Source: Amphiscolops sp. MND2022 | Lineage: Eukaryota | DNA: 64,000 nucleotides | Direction of reading: 5' to 3' | NCBI GenBank assembly: GCA_964187785.1 | Contig: OZ076409.1 | Coordinates: 15,874,001 to 15,938,000 of the forward strand | In this document: in pieces, positions 1 through 11,195 of the stretch | How the letters are laid out: the number at the start of each line of letters is the position of its first letter | Position numbering within the stretch: the stretch's first letter is position 1 | Made by a program: the position numbers and the translations under genes | The notes under the pieces: model-generated | Told to the model about the DNA's origin: nothing | Databases searched by the model: none | The model's input: only the letters and a program-made list of their open reading frames with translations

Positions 1-3000
1 GGAGACCCAGCCAGGCTGACTCCAGAGCTCGCAAGCTCGCTTCCATTTTGGGAAGCTGGCAATCTCCAGCTCCAAGCAATGTCCTTCCCACTCTGCGCGG
101 GCTTCGGGGCCTTGCACGGAATTGATCTCATCGTGCTGGACGATGGACATATCTCCTGACATCGTCATCTTGGCCTGCGGTCTCCAGACAGCTCTTCTAG
201 GGAACGGAGTCACGCGCCGTTGCAGGTTCCTTTGTCGAGTCTGAGCTGCTCCTTCAATCCAACTCGGAATCTGAGCCAATTCCATATACTGGACCTGCCG
301 ATTGAAGGCTTCAGGGGCGCGACCAACGGGTTTTGCTCTGGGCCATCCCAGTGGCTCCTTCCAGTAGTGATTTGGGAAGGTGATGCACTTGAAGGCGTAC
401 AGGGGATCTATAGGTGGACCAGCACTACTGCTGGTACGAATCACTTTACGTATAAACTCCTGCGTCCAAGGGAATCTAAAGGGGACTCCATTCAGGCTGA
501 GAGGCGCGGAGTACCAATTGACTGGGCCGTACTCTCGTGGCAAAGGGCACGCCTTTCGTGTGCGGGCGCGCAACAAACCCATCAAGTTCTCCTCCAGTTG
601 ATTCTCCGACTTCAAGGTGGTATACCCATGCGGCATCTCGCCACTCAATACAGCCTGTACGATGCGCGGATAGGTCAGTGGGGGGCGTCCTTGGAGATAG
701 GTGCAGAAGGAGACCATGTGCACCTGCACTGCTCTCGACAATGGTTTGGTGGGATACCGGCACACACCGACCGCACCGAAGATTGGGGCCAGGACGGAAG
801 CCATGACGGCCACGAAGTCCTCCACTTCGGCCAGAGTCAAATCGGCGATTTGCTGGGGCATAGGAAATCCCGCCGTTTCCGCAGGGAGTTGACGCTCGGA
901 ATTGTGCAGGGGTTGCGACTGATCCACGCCTACAAACAAGCCGGAGGCGAACACTAGGGTGGAATACAACCAATGTTGGAGGGATGCACGCATGCGTTCC
1001 AGCTGGGTGACATAATCTTGTTGGTCCTTGGAATTCAGGAGGTGACCCCATCGAGTTAGGCTGCGTAGCTGTCCCTGCGCGAGGATCAGGTAGCTGTAAA
1101 AGGTGACTAGATCACTGGATACTACCAGCTCGACTAACATAGCCAGAGGACCAGCCACAAACTTTGTCGGGCCCATGGTTAGCGCGAGCGCTAACATCTC
1201 CGACAGTGGTCTCGCCGATGGTTTCCAACAATTTGTCAGTCTGCACATTGGTGAGCAAGAACTCAGAGGCTATTACATCGATATTCCAGCCTAGTCCGAG
1301 ACTGGTGCAAAAGGCTTCCAAGGGACAGTTAAGCTCTTGAGCTACCTCGGCCAAGGTTCTGTCCACGAATCTGGACTGATACCATTCGGCATACGTTAAT
1401 CCGGCGGCATCTACTTCAGTCTTCAAGTTGGTCGCCTCCACAGCCACGATGTGCCTCAGGCCCACGGGCAACTTGACAGGCTCGATTCCCGCGGCAAACC
1501 GAATCTGAGGAATGGTCCTTTCGACCGTGCGTGCGGCAGGCCATGTTTCAATTTCCTTCACAAGCTCTGCCAGCTCTGTTCGTACGGGAATTTCTTTGTC
1601 TTTCCGCACCAGCCAGTTATATCGTCGAACAGCCTCTCGCTCACTCATGTTAGATTCTCGCGTGACGCGATTCCCGTCCAAGTCGAAGGCCATCCGCCCC
1701 ATGCACATTCCATGATCAAACAGTATGGCATCGTCGATAGTTAGTTGTGCATTTCCCGATCGCTCCACAGTGATTAGCACTCTTGATACAGCAGCAAAGA
1801 AGGCAGGGTATGACAATGCATCGGGGCGTAGGTCTCCGCGATCAACCCGAAGATTTGGCGCACATATGGCAAACTCGATCCAGCGCGCCTTGCACACCTC
1901 AGACAAGATATATACAAACTGCTGCAAGCTTCGTTGCCAATACATGAATCCCGGCGGGGATGTGAAGAGCGCGAGCGCTCCCAGACGACCCCGAAGGATC
2001 CCTGCTGCACGCTCCATTGCATCCGCAACCACGTTTACTAAGGTCGCCACATTCCCAGGTCTACGGGTATCTGCCATGAGGGCATCCAGGTTGTGTAGCA
2101 GTCCTTCACAGGCCATGTGGTCGATCAAGTTGGTGAAGACTACACGTCGCGGGGGTGGCTCTCTTAGAGACCCTCTCAGGTTTGGGTCGTACATGACCGC
2201 GACCATCTCTGCGACTTCGGCGAAGCGGGAGAGTGGCATTGTTAATACCAGCACATCAGGCAGAAGGTTATCGATAGGCAGATCGCTCTTGCACGTCGAA
2301 TCTACCGCCACACAATAGCGCGCACGCTGCAGAGCTGCTTTCAAGGGGGGTTCATTGACCTGATATTACGAGCGTAGCGGGCGTTCGCTTCCCAGGTTTC
2401 TCCTTCGCGCAATATGTACCTAGCGGGAAATTGCTCGGTGAGGTCGTGCTGCAGGCGAGCCATGTAGTTGTTGGGTGTGGCGGGCAGTTGCTCTCGAGCA
2501 CGCTGTTCCCAGGCTTGCTCACTCAGGTCCGCATCACGGGCACGTAGCGATCGAGTTATTTGTGCCGCAATGGTGATTCTGCTCACCTCTCTTTGATCGG
2601 CGTCCGACGGCGGTGCTCTTCTTCTAATCGCACATGTGTTTGGGTGCAAACACTCTGCTGCCATCCAGATGCGTTTACTATCGCTAGTTACCACGGAGCC
2701 GGATACATCATCTGACGGGGGAAGGAAGGCGGGAGGGCTGGTCTCCTCGACTGTCTCGGGCACCTCCAGGGACATGTTGGCAGAGCCTGTGCCCAAGGGC
2801 ACAGGACTCGTTTCAGGATTCGCATCCACACTGCCGTAGCGGTTGTTGGCCTCTTCCATAGACATTTGAGGCGCGCCTACGCCCAGGTGGCCGACGCGGT
2901 ATGGAGGCCTCACGACCACTACACTCTTCATTTGCGATTGCTGGGGTACATCTGCTCGCTTGTCCGGAGGGGGACGACTGGTCGGACTCTCGGTCACAGA

Positions 3001-3858
3001 ATTATTGCGCGTAGCGACGATGCTTTCCTCAGTAAGTCGCTTCCGTCCGGTTTCCTCACGGGGACATGTTATAGCGCTGGTGCTTGGTCCGGTCGTGGTG
3101 TCTGCTTCCATGGACACAGTTTCGGCTAGGGTGGTGGGTGGGGTGACACAGCCCGAGGATTGAGCTGCGGCTTGCAAATAGTGTGCCAATCCGGGAATCC
3201 TTTGTTCAACTGCACGGACGAAGTCAGAGGAGTTGGGGTAGTTGGCGACTGCTTGCAGGGCTACGATCACCGCTTGCTCGCTAGTGCTCCGTCCAGTAAG
3301 ATTCAGATTAGGCACTGATGGCAGTTGGGACCCCGAGGGCTCCCGACTTGAGGCTGATTGTTTGGCAGGGTTTTGCATTGTCGTTGCCTGGGTTCCATAT
3401 GGTGCCCCAAAAGCAAGTGAGCCAGCATACGGTGTCATCTGCACTGGATTCGGTGCCGAGATAGACGGCAGCGATGGGACATTGACGGGCATCATACGCA
3501 GTGATGCTTCTTGTTCGAATCTGGTGCCCTGACTGGGGCCATGCACTGCGATTGATCTTTCGTCTAAGAACTGGTGAGTCAGGTCGTACCCATCCCAGAC
3601 ATTATTGGTACACGTCAAGGTGCGACGATAGCCTGCCACCTCCGTAGTGATCGACAATGATGCGTTTGGCAGCGTTAGCATCGTTTCAAGCTGGGTCAGT
3701 AAGGCAGCTACCCCAGCAACGGCTACTGGTGAAAGACCATCCCGCAGCCTCTCTTCGACGTATTGGGCCTGATTGACCCTCTGCGCTCGCGCAGATTCCT
3801 GGGGCCTTGCACTACTAGGCCCTGTTGCAGGCGCTGAACTGTTTGGGCAATGGGCCAT
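1..3858 (-). pseudogene. Accessory ORF2 of the giant Gypsy (>1280 codons; low-complexity N-half, SGNH-like central domain, hydrophobic C-part), two 1-nt frameshifts
   Basis: ORFs 2341-3858 and 1112-2344 join across a C6 run (2345-2350). A second shift near 1200 leads to a frame I translated (EMLALALTMGPTKFVAGPLAML...) that stays open to base 1. Motifs VAVDS, RRVVFTNLID and DLRP resemble SGNH blocks I, III and V. Confidence 0.7.
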
Positions 3859-3870
3859 TAATGCATAGGT

Positions 3871-3890
3871 CTAAAAAGGACCACTGTTAG
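3871..3890 (-). promoter_or_regulatory. Putative branch point and 3' splice acceptor upstream of ORF2
   Basis: Minus strand reads CTAAC-AGTGGT-CCTTTTTAG|ACCTATGCATTA-ATG; the AG lies 12 nt before the ORF2 ATG at 3858. Confidence 0.45.
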
Positions 3891-4153
3891 GCTTACAGGG
3901 GCAAGTTCTTTCTGGAGCGAGCCGTGGGCTGGCTCGTCCCTCAATTACAGCGATGCAACATCGGCTCCGTAAGGGGGCCACTACAAACTTAAAATTTAAC
4001 TCTAACTAACTAACGAACTAGAACAAAACCTTTGAGTAAACAGCATGACAAATTAACATTTCGAGAGCATTTCAAGACTCTTCCATGGTTGTTACAAGGA
4101 TTATTACAAGGATTGAGGGCAAAGGGAAAATGGGGACAACTAAAATGATAAGG

Positions 4154-5360
4154 TTACTCCAGCCCTACATTTAATATTGATACATATACGCGGCTATGCA
4201 AAACCACGCGAATACCAGTTCCTTCGAACATGTTCGTTAGAGCATGGTACAAATTGACCAACGAGAAAGTCGGTCTCTCGGGGTCCAGAATGGGTAAGTG
4301 GACCCGTGTGGATCCTTTGTCTATCAGGCGCTGTATCAAGTGCGTCATGCAGCGCAAGTAGTCATCGGTCAGCAGCGGTGCGCGCTGGCTAGCACGGACT
4401 ATTAACAGGTGAATACTTTGATTAGGGTTGGGGTTCACATCAGGCGGGATAGTGAGAATCTCGCCCACTTTAGGTCGTAAGGCAAATACATCTTCTATGC
4501 CGCACTCCCGCAGCACATATCGCAAGGCGGCAGAGTTGGTCTTTAGGTCAGCAGGGCATGCTAACACTATGTCGCCCTCGGCCTGCAAAAAATCAGATTC
4601 ATCGTAAGAGACATGTTCGGCAGAATTCGGATACAGGGCTCCCGGGTAAACAATCTCTCGTCCGGGACCATTGTCGGAGGGCAGACACACGCGAGGCGTA
4701 CGCCCTTGGACTGCAGCCAGGTCTCGCCACACTGAGCGGGGCATCGCTCGATTGTCGCTGCCGGCCTTTACCCACGTATCTAAAGTTCCCAGAGCGGCTT
4801 TAGGGAACAGGGGGATCTCGAAAGTGTGAGTCCACTCATCTAACAGTCGAATTCTGGGATAGGTGGCGAAACACGTAATAATTAGTTCCAGCCACCATGC
4901 AAACTTCACCTTGCCTCGGTACCAGTCTATGATGTGAAAGCAAAGTATTAAGTCCACAGTGGTGAGGGTCCTCAGACTCTCTAGACAGGATAACAGATTC
5001 AACGGTTCCACCATTGCCTCCACTCGTGGAGCTGTTACCAGCAGCCACCAGTGAGGAGCCGGGCTGTATACCCCTCCTGGTTCCACCTGGACTCCATACT
5101 TATCGCATAACAAGTCGGCAGTGATGCATCGGGCCATTTGCACTGGTTCCCTTTCAAAATTGAATGGTCCAAACGCAATATTGTTGGGCACAGGGGGCAA
5201 CACCGTAGGCAGGGTAAACTCCAGGCCCTTTCCATCGCTAGTCCACTCCTTAAACCTAGGACAAGGGGCCTTCGCTACCCCAGGTAGTGACAACTTCTCC
5301 AGGATAGTGTCTACAGGGTGGTCTCCGGACCGCTCTACAGCTGAGTAGGTTTTCTCGGCC
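4154..5360 (-). CDS. C-terminal pol extension with two tandem TARG1/OARD1(DarG)-like macrodomains
   Basis: Domain 1 (~4838-5182): MARCITAD, LLVTAPR, NLLSCLESLR. Domain 2 (~4193-4615): VSYDESDFL, RPKVGEI, LLIVRA, GSTRVHLP, MFEGTGIRVVLH. Both parallel TARG1 LAHCISED / KSGEV / YLITKK / NLQKSLEAMK / GVTDLSMP / VFEATDIKITVY. The frame stays open upstream to ~5360, where a 1-nt shift joins it to the integrase ORF. Confidence 0.7.
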
Positions 5361-8153
5361 CTTCCGGAGGAACTCCCCGGGCTCCAATGGGAACCCTCCG
5401 GTTCTCATTCACAGCTAATAGGCAGACACAATCTCGCAGCCCGCAGGTTCCACATTTGTAGCGCGGCTGCCGTTTACTCCTTAATTGATACCTAAGAGCA
5501 GTTGCAGACGCCTCTGTTAGCGTCTCTGCAGTTCTAGGAGCTTCCGTTTCGGCCTGGATTGCAGTTTCGGTTTCGACATTTGTCGGTGTTTCTTTTTTCC
5601 TCGTCCTTGCTTTCGCTCGGATCAGCCGTTTCTTCTGTGCCTTGGGTGGTCTTCCCCTCCCCCTTTTGAAAGAAGGAGCGGTCCCCGCTCCTGGCGAAGT
5701 CTCGGGAACTTCAGGCAGATCGGGCTGAGCGTTGCTGACGCTGCTGGCAGACTTGAGAGGAATCGGAGGGGCGGTCGGCCATATGGGATAGTTACTAAGG
5801 AAATTGGTTAGCGAGGGGTTCGTTAACAAGGATGCCGAGGTTCCAGGCAACGATGTTTCTTTTTCGGAAGAGGATATCTGTGGAGACGGTGAGCGCACGC
5901 GCTCATGGTCAGAGAACAGTTGAGGTAGTACACGGGCGGGGGATATCGACTGATCCAACGCAGCCGGAGGAGCCGCAGGCTCCACTAGATCCTCGTCAAC
6001 TGGATTAGGAGGCATCGGCAACATAGCATCGGATAGTTCGTCATCTGTACCTGAGGTGGAATAGTCAAATTGCTGATAATGCGGGCGGGAGCCGCCTGCA
6101 CGAAGTTTCGTGCGTAGTCGAGTGTCCATCCAGTGACGTCGACGTGAGGGCAAAGATGCATCGGACGCCTCTGAAAGTAGTTGTTCAGGCTTATACGACG
6201 ATAAAGATCTATCGTCATCAACTACGTCGACGGAACGTTCAGGTTCGGGGTCCATAAGTACCACCACCTCACCACTGTCCGCGTGTGCAGTAGCAAGTTC
6301 AAGTGGGCCACTGTGGTGCGGTTTAAGACGCTCAAAATGAACCTTTTGACCTGTGTCTAGTACATAGACACGACCGTCCTGAAAGACTTGTACAACCTTG
6401 TGCGGGCCTCGCCAAGCACGCATCAATTTCGGGGAACCTTTTTGCGGCACGTAGCGGCAGAAAACCCAGACGAGCTCGCCCACTTGGTAAGCTCGCGCTT
6501 GTATAGCACGGTCGTACTTCAACTTTTGACGCAATTGGGCTTGGTGCGTATTACGCCGTACCAAGTCATGTATTTCTTGCTGGCGAGCCAACACATGATC
6601 GACATACGCGTCATGCGACTCGAATGAATTGGCTGCAAATTCGGGATACAAAAACGTGAGAGGAATGGCCTTCTCTACACCCCGGGTCAGCATGTAGGGT
6701 GAGAAGCCAGTGGTGGCGTGCCTCGTGGAGTTGTAAGCGCCCATGACCTCATCAAGACATTGGTCCCAGTCGCGCATACGGCGGGAGCAAAAAATTCGCA
6801 GTAGGGTTAATAATATCCGGTTTTGACGCTCCACCAAGCCTTGGGTTCTTGGATGGCCAGCCGTAGAAGTCACTTTGGTAACGTGGGCTGCTCTTAGGAA
6901 TTCATTGGATACCTCAGCAGTCAAATTTGGAGCATTGTCAGACTGCATTCGAGTAGGTGTGCCATGACGGGCGAACCACTTTTGCAGCAGCAACCGAGAG
7001 AGGTGGTCACAGCGTCGTAGTCGTGATGACTACAGGGAACTGCTTCCGCGAACTTGGAGAAATGGTCAATTATGACCAAGATGCCAGTGTTGTTACTGTC
7101 TGAGGGGCAGATCTTCAGGTGATCGTATTGGACTAATTCGTTGAAGTACCCACTCTGGATGTTCTTTAGGTGGAATCGGACGTCACCAGGCTTATCTCGA
7201 ACCTGTTGACAGGTGAGGCATTGGCCAACGTAACGGCCCACGCTGCGTCGAATACCAGGCCATGTGTGACGTTCTTGAATCCGAGCCACCACTTTGGAGA
7301 TGCCTTGATGTCCCATGGCGTCATGCGCACGGAATAAAATCTCATGCTGGTACAGTTGAGGCATGACGATCATGCACGGGCGTTCGTGCAGGGGACGTTG
7401 GTTGGGAGAGTATCGTACGCAAAGCACACCATTTTTGTTAATAAACAGGAGAGTTTTCTTCTGACGGTAGTAGTTGCGTGCGAACTCACGCACGTTCTCG
7501 GGAAACACGTCATGATCAATGGGTTCGTTTAGCACTAACTTTTTGAGTGCTAGCACATGAACATCACGGTTTTGGGCTAGGATCAAGTCTTTGATACCAT
7601 GCACGGTGTGAGCATGTTCGTGAAGTTCAGTGTCGATGTCTTTAAGAGCCATAATTGAGTCGCGTACACCCGAGGGAGTACCTTGCAACGCAACAGGATT
7701 CGCCCCGGCAACAGCATAGACGGTACGTGAAGGTACATTTACGGCATGCGTCGGCAATAGATAATCTTCGCGAGCTTCATCAGTGACATCAATCCAGTCC
7801 TCAGGGTAGTCTGGATAAGCATCCTCGTGCGGTTGCGGTGCAAGGGAAGGCGGAGGCGGCAAGGGTGCTGCGAATGCTTTCGCTTGTCTGTCCCTCCTGC
7901 TCGCTCGTTTGGTGCGGCGAAGCACGCGTAGCAATTGGTTGGGAGCCCTAGGCTCCAAGTTCTGCAGGTGCGCAGGTAGTTCGGGATGATTCGGGATGAC
8001 TCGACCCTGAAGGTCGAACCATGGGGCAACAGGTAGTTTATCAAATTCGTCAGCTGAAAGGAAATTCCAGCGTTCGCCCGCGGCTGGCTGCTGTGCAAGC
8101 TGTTTCTCTCGGCACCGGTACTCGTTAGTTCGTTTGCTCAAGCCATCGGCGTT
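5335..8153 (-). pseudogene. Integrase (HHCC, DDE core, GPY/F) with long C-terminal tail; frameshift near 6995
   Basis: HDAMGH...CLTC; YDHL, IIDHFSK, SDNAPN, GLVERQN; WRGPHKV, VHFERLK; an extra CT dinucleotide near 6995 splits ORFs 6921-8141 and 5335-6993. Confidence 0.95.
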
Positions 8154-10920
8154 TCAATGTTGAGTTCTTGGGCGATGTTCCACGCGAAAGTGATACTTCT
8201 CCAGGGTCATAATCCATCGGCCGATTAGCGCTTGATCCGTGGAGTACGTCTTCAACCAGGACAAGGCTTGGTTGTCCACCCGCAGGGTGAATTTCCGGGG
8301 ACATAAATAGCTGTGGTTTTTCACTATAAAATAGTAGGCGGCGAACATTTCGAGTTTGGGAGCTCCGTACTTAGCTTGTGTGGTAGTGAGCTTCTTGCTG
8401 CCGTAAACTATTGGCCTCAGGCGTCGTTCACCCGGAGGACCTTGCCACTGGTGCAGGATACCAGAAATGGCGACAGCGCTAGCGTCAGTGTCCAACACAA
8501 ACTCTCCCTCGGAATCAGGCTGCGCGAGCGCAGTCGCCTCGATCAGGGCTTTCTTGATTTCATTGAATGCGGTTTGTTGTTCAGGACCCCATGCGAAGGT
8601 GTCATTCAGTCCAGTGACGGCATGCAGGGGTGCAACCAGCTTAGCGTGCCAAGGGATGAATTCGCGATAGTAATTGGCGAATCCGAGGAAGCTCTGCATC
8701 TCCGTCTTGTTACGGGGAATTTCCCAATCGCGCAACTTGACGAAGGCTTTCGGGTCGGGCTTCACTCCTTCTGCGGAAACTACTCGTCCCAAGTACTTGA
8801 TCTCCGATTTCATGAAATCGCATTTGGCCACGCGCATTTTGAAACCGGCTTCACGGAGGCACTCAAAGACTTCACGTAGGCGTGCCATATGGTCCTCCAC
8901 AGTCTCTGTGGCAATCACGATATCATCAATGTAGGCCATGACCATGCTGCCCTCACGGTTGACAATATTCCGTAGCGCACGCGCTATTGATCGCTGGAAT
9001 GTGGCAGATGCATTGCACATACCAAATGGCATTCGCCGCCACTCAAAAAGCCCTAGTTCACAAGCAAAAGCGGTTTTGTGGCGATCCGCCTTTCGCACAG
9101 GAATTTGCCAAAAGGCCCAGGCAAGGTCTATGCTGGTATAAATCTTCGCCTTGCCCAGCCGTGCCAGGCTTTCATCAATACGGGGCAAGGGGTAGGCATC
9201 CTTAATGGTTACCTCGTTTAACGGGCGGAAGTCGCAGCAAAAGCGCAACTCCCCGTTTTTCTTTTTCACCATTACAATGCCGCTCGCCCAAGGGGACAGC
9301 GAGGGCTGTATCATTCCCAGAGCTAAGAGGTTCCGCACCTCCTGATTGGCACGTTCGGCCTTCTCAGGGGACATCCGGCGAGCACCTTCGCGATGTGGTA
9401 CAGCCCCTGGTTCCACCTCTACGGTATGCTTTGCGATAGTGCACCGACCGATGTCAGCCTTGTGCTTCATGAATAGCTCATCGAATTCATCGAGGAGATT
9501 TTTGAGAGACTCGCAGGCACTAGCGCCCCATAAATCCTTAACCGCCTGCAACTGAGATTCTGGCCCAGGAATCGGAGCCATTAGCTCTGGGTCTGTACGC
9601 TTGCGAATTTCGCGCTCCGATAGTCCTGCCTCGCTAGGGTCAGTTGAGGACAAAAACTCAAACTCTGAAGAAGAGGTTAACTCAGAAGCAGTGGACAGAT
9701 TCACTTCACTATAAATTTTATGAACAAAATTTGCACGACTGTCGTCGGCGTTAGTCTTTGTGCGGGTTGTCGTGGGAGGGTCCAGACACTGAGGTACTGC
9801 TTGGTATACTACCGTTACGGGTACTACGGTGCCCAGTTGTACACCACACCGCATGCGTTGAGGGTTGCTGGTGAGATTTATCAGGCTCACAAAGAGTGTC
9901 CCTGTCTCACTGACAGTGGCCACGCTGTCCTCTAAAAAGACGACATTATGCAACGTAGTGTCAGACAAAGAGGCATTGAGCGCTACGCTTTGAAAAATCA
10001 GCGGCTCTAGTGCATTGGTGACGAGCTTAGCTCTAGCCACCGCACGCTCGAAAGGTTGCAGAACCAAGTCACTATCCAAAACGACTGGGGTAGCTATCGA
10101 AGTGTCACCTACCTGTGCGTGAGCATGATGCCACACAGGCTTCACTGGTGCTCGCACCACAATCTTCATAGATGTTAGATCCACTAACACCTGGTAGGAG
10201 CGGAGAAAGTTCCGACCAAGTAGGAAGTCTTCCACACCCATTGCGTCATCTACCACCACAAAGTTCGTTTCAAGCTCATATCCTCCCAGCTGGAAATGGA
10301 TATGTTCTGCGAGGCCGTAGGTCTTTATCGTCTTCCCGTTGGCTGCGTACAGGTCAACTTGGTAGGGTTTAAGGACCGTTCCAGTTCGAGCTGACACTCT
10401 GTTAAAGGCGGAAAACGTCAGTATGGAGACGCCCGAGCCAGTGTCCACCAATCCTCGCAGCGGGATAGGTGCTGCATGAGGCACCACGAAGGAGACCACG
10501 AGCGACGCACGCTCATCTATACGCGCTTCACCAGTAGGTTCCTGATGATTGATGTTATAGCATTTGAGCTCCTGGGGACCCAGACAAATGCCAGGGGGAA
10601 ACACATCCACCACCACACAGGCTTCAAACTTCAAATCCACTCCATCCATTGAAGCACAGACTGGCACTGGGGAGTATGTCGTCAGAGTCGTAGACTCTCC
10701 CGGAGCGTACCATTCTTTCGGTCGAGGCAACTCGTTTCGTTTGTAGAGGACAGACAGTTCGACCCACAGCTACGCCAGGGTTAGCGTCGGTCTACGCGTT
10801 TGCTCAGCTGCCAGCAACAGGTGAATTGAAATCAGCGTCCGTCCTTGCGGGTCGAACGTCGTAGGCTCCAAGCAGGTCTGAACTTGCTTAGCACCACAAG
10901 TGAATGTCATCGGAGTGTGG
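8154..10920 (-). pseudogene. pol: Pol: protease-like repeat, aspartic protease, reverse transcriptase and RNase H
   Basis: LVDTGSG (Asp codon 10443-10445), LLGRNFL; RT PWASG, RFCCDFRPLN, YPLPRID, MPFG, YIDD (8922-8933); RNase H TDAS, DNQAL; in-frame stops TAG 10770 and TGA 8154 (H*NADGLS). Confidence 0.96.
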
Positions 10921-11195
10921 AACGCAGGCGGTTCCGCCGGATGCAGCATCAACACACGGTCATCTTCCAAAGGTACGGTGTGCGCGGCGATGCCAGCTGA
11001 TTCTACCTCAGCCCATCGGTTGTAGGCTAACTCGTCACTGGGCTTCGGCGCGTGGGAGTGCTCACCACATTGCACTTCCGCCTGATCAAAAAGTCCACAG
11101 CTCGTGCACTGATAGATCCCCGGATGACATTCAAGAATGCCATCAGTCGCGTCTTCCGTGGTGACATTTACGCCCTCTGGTTCGGAGGCAGTCAC

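Noticed and set aside
1..3858. ORF2 as a classical env glycoprotein
   Set aside because: No signal peptide or Cys-rich ectodomain visible; C-terminus is outside the window, so not fully excluded
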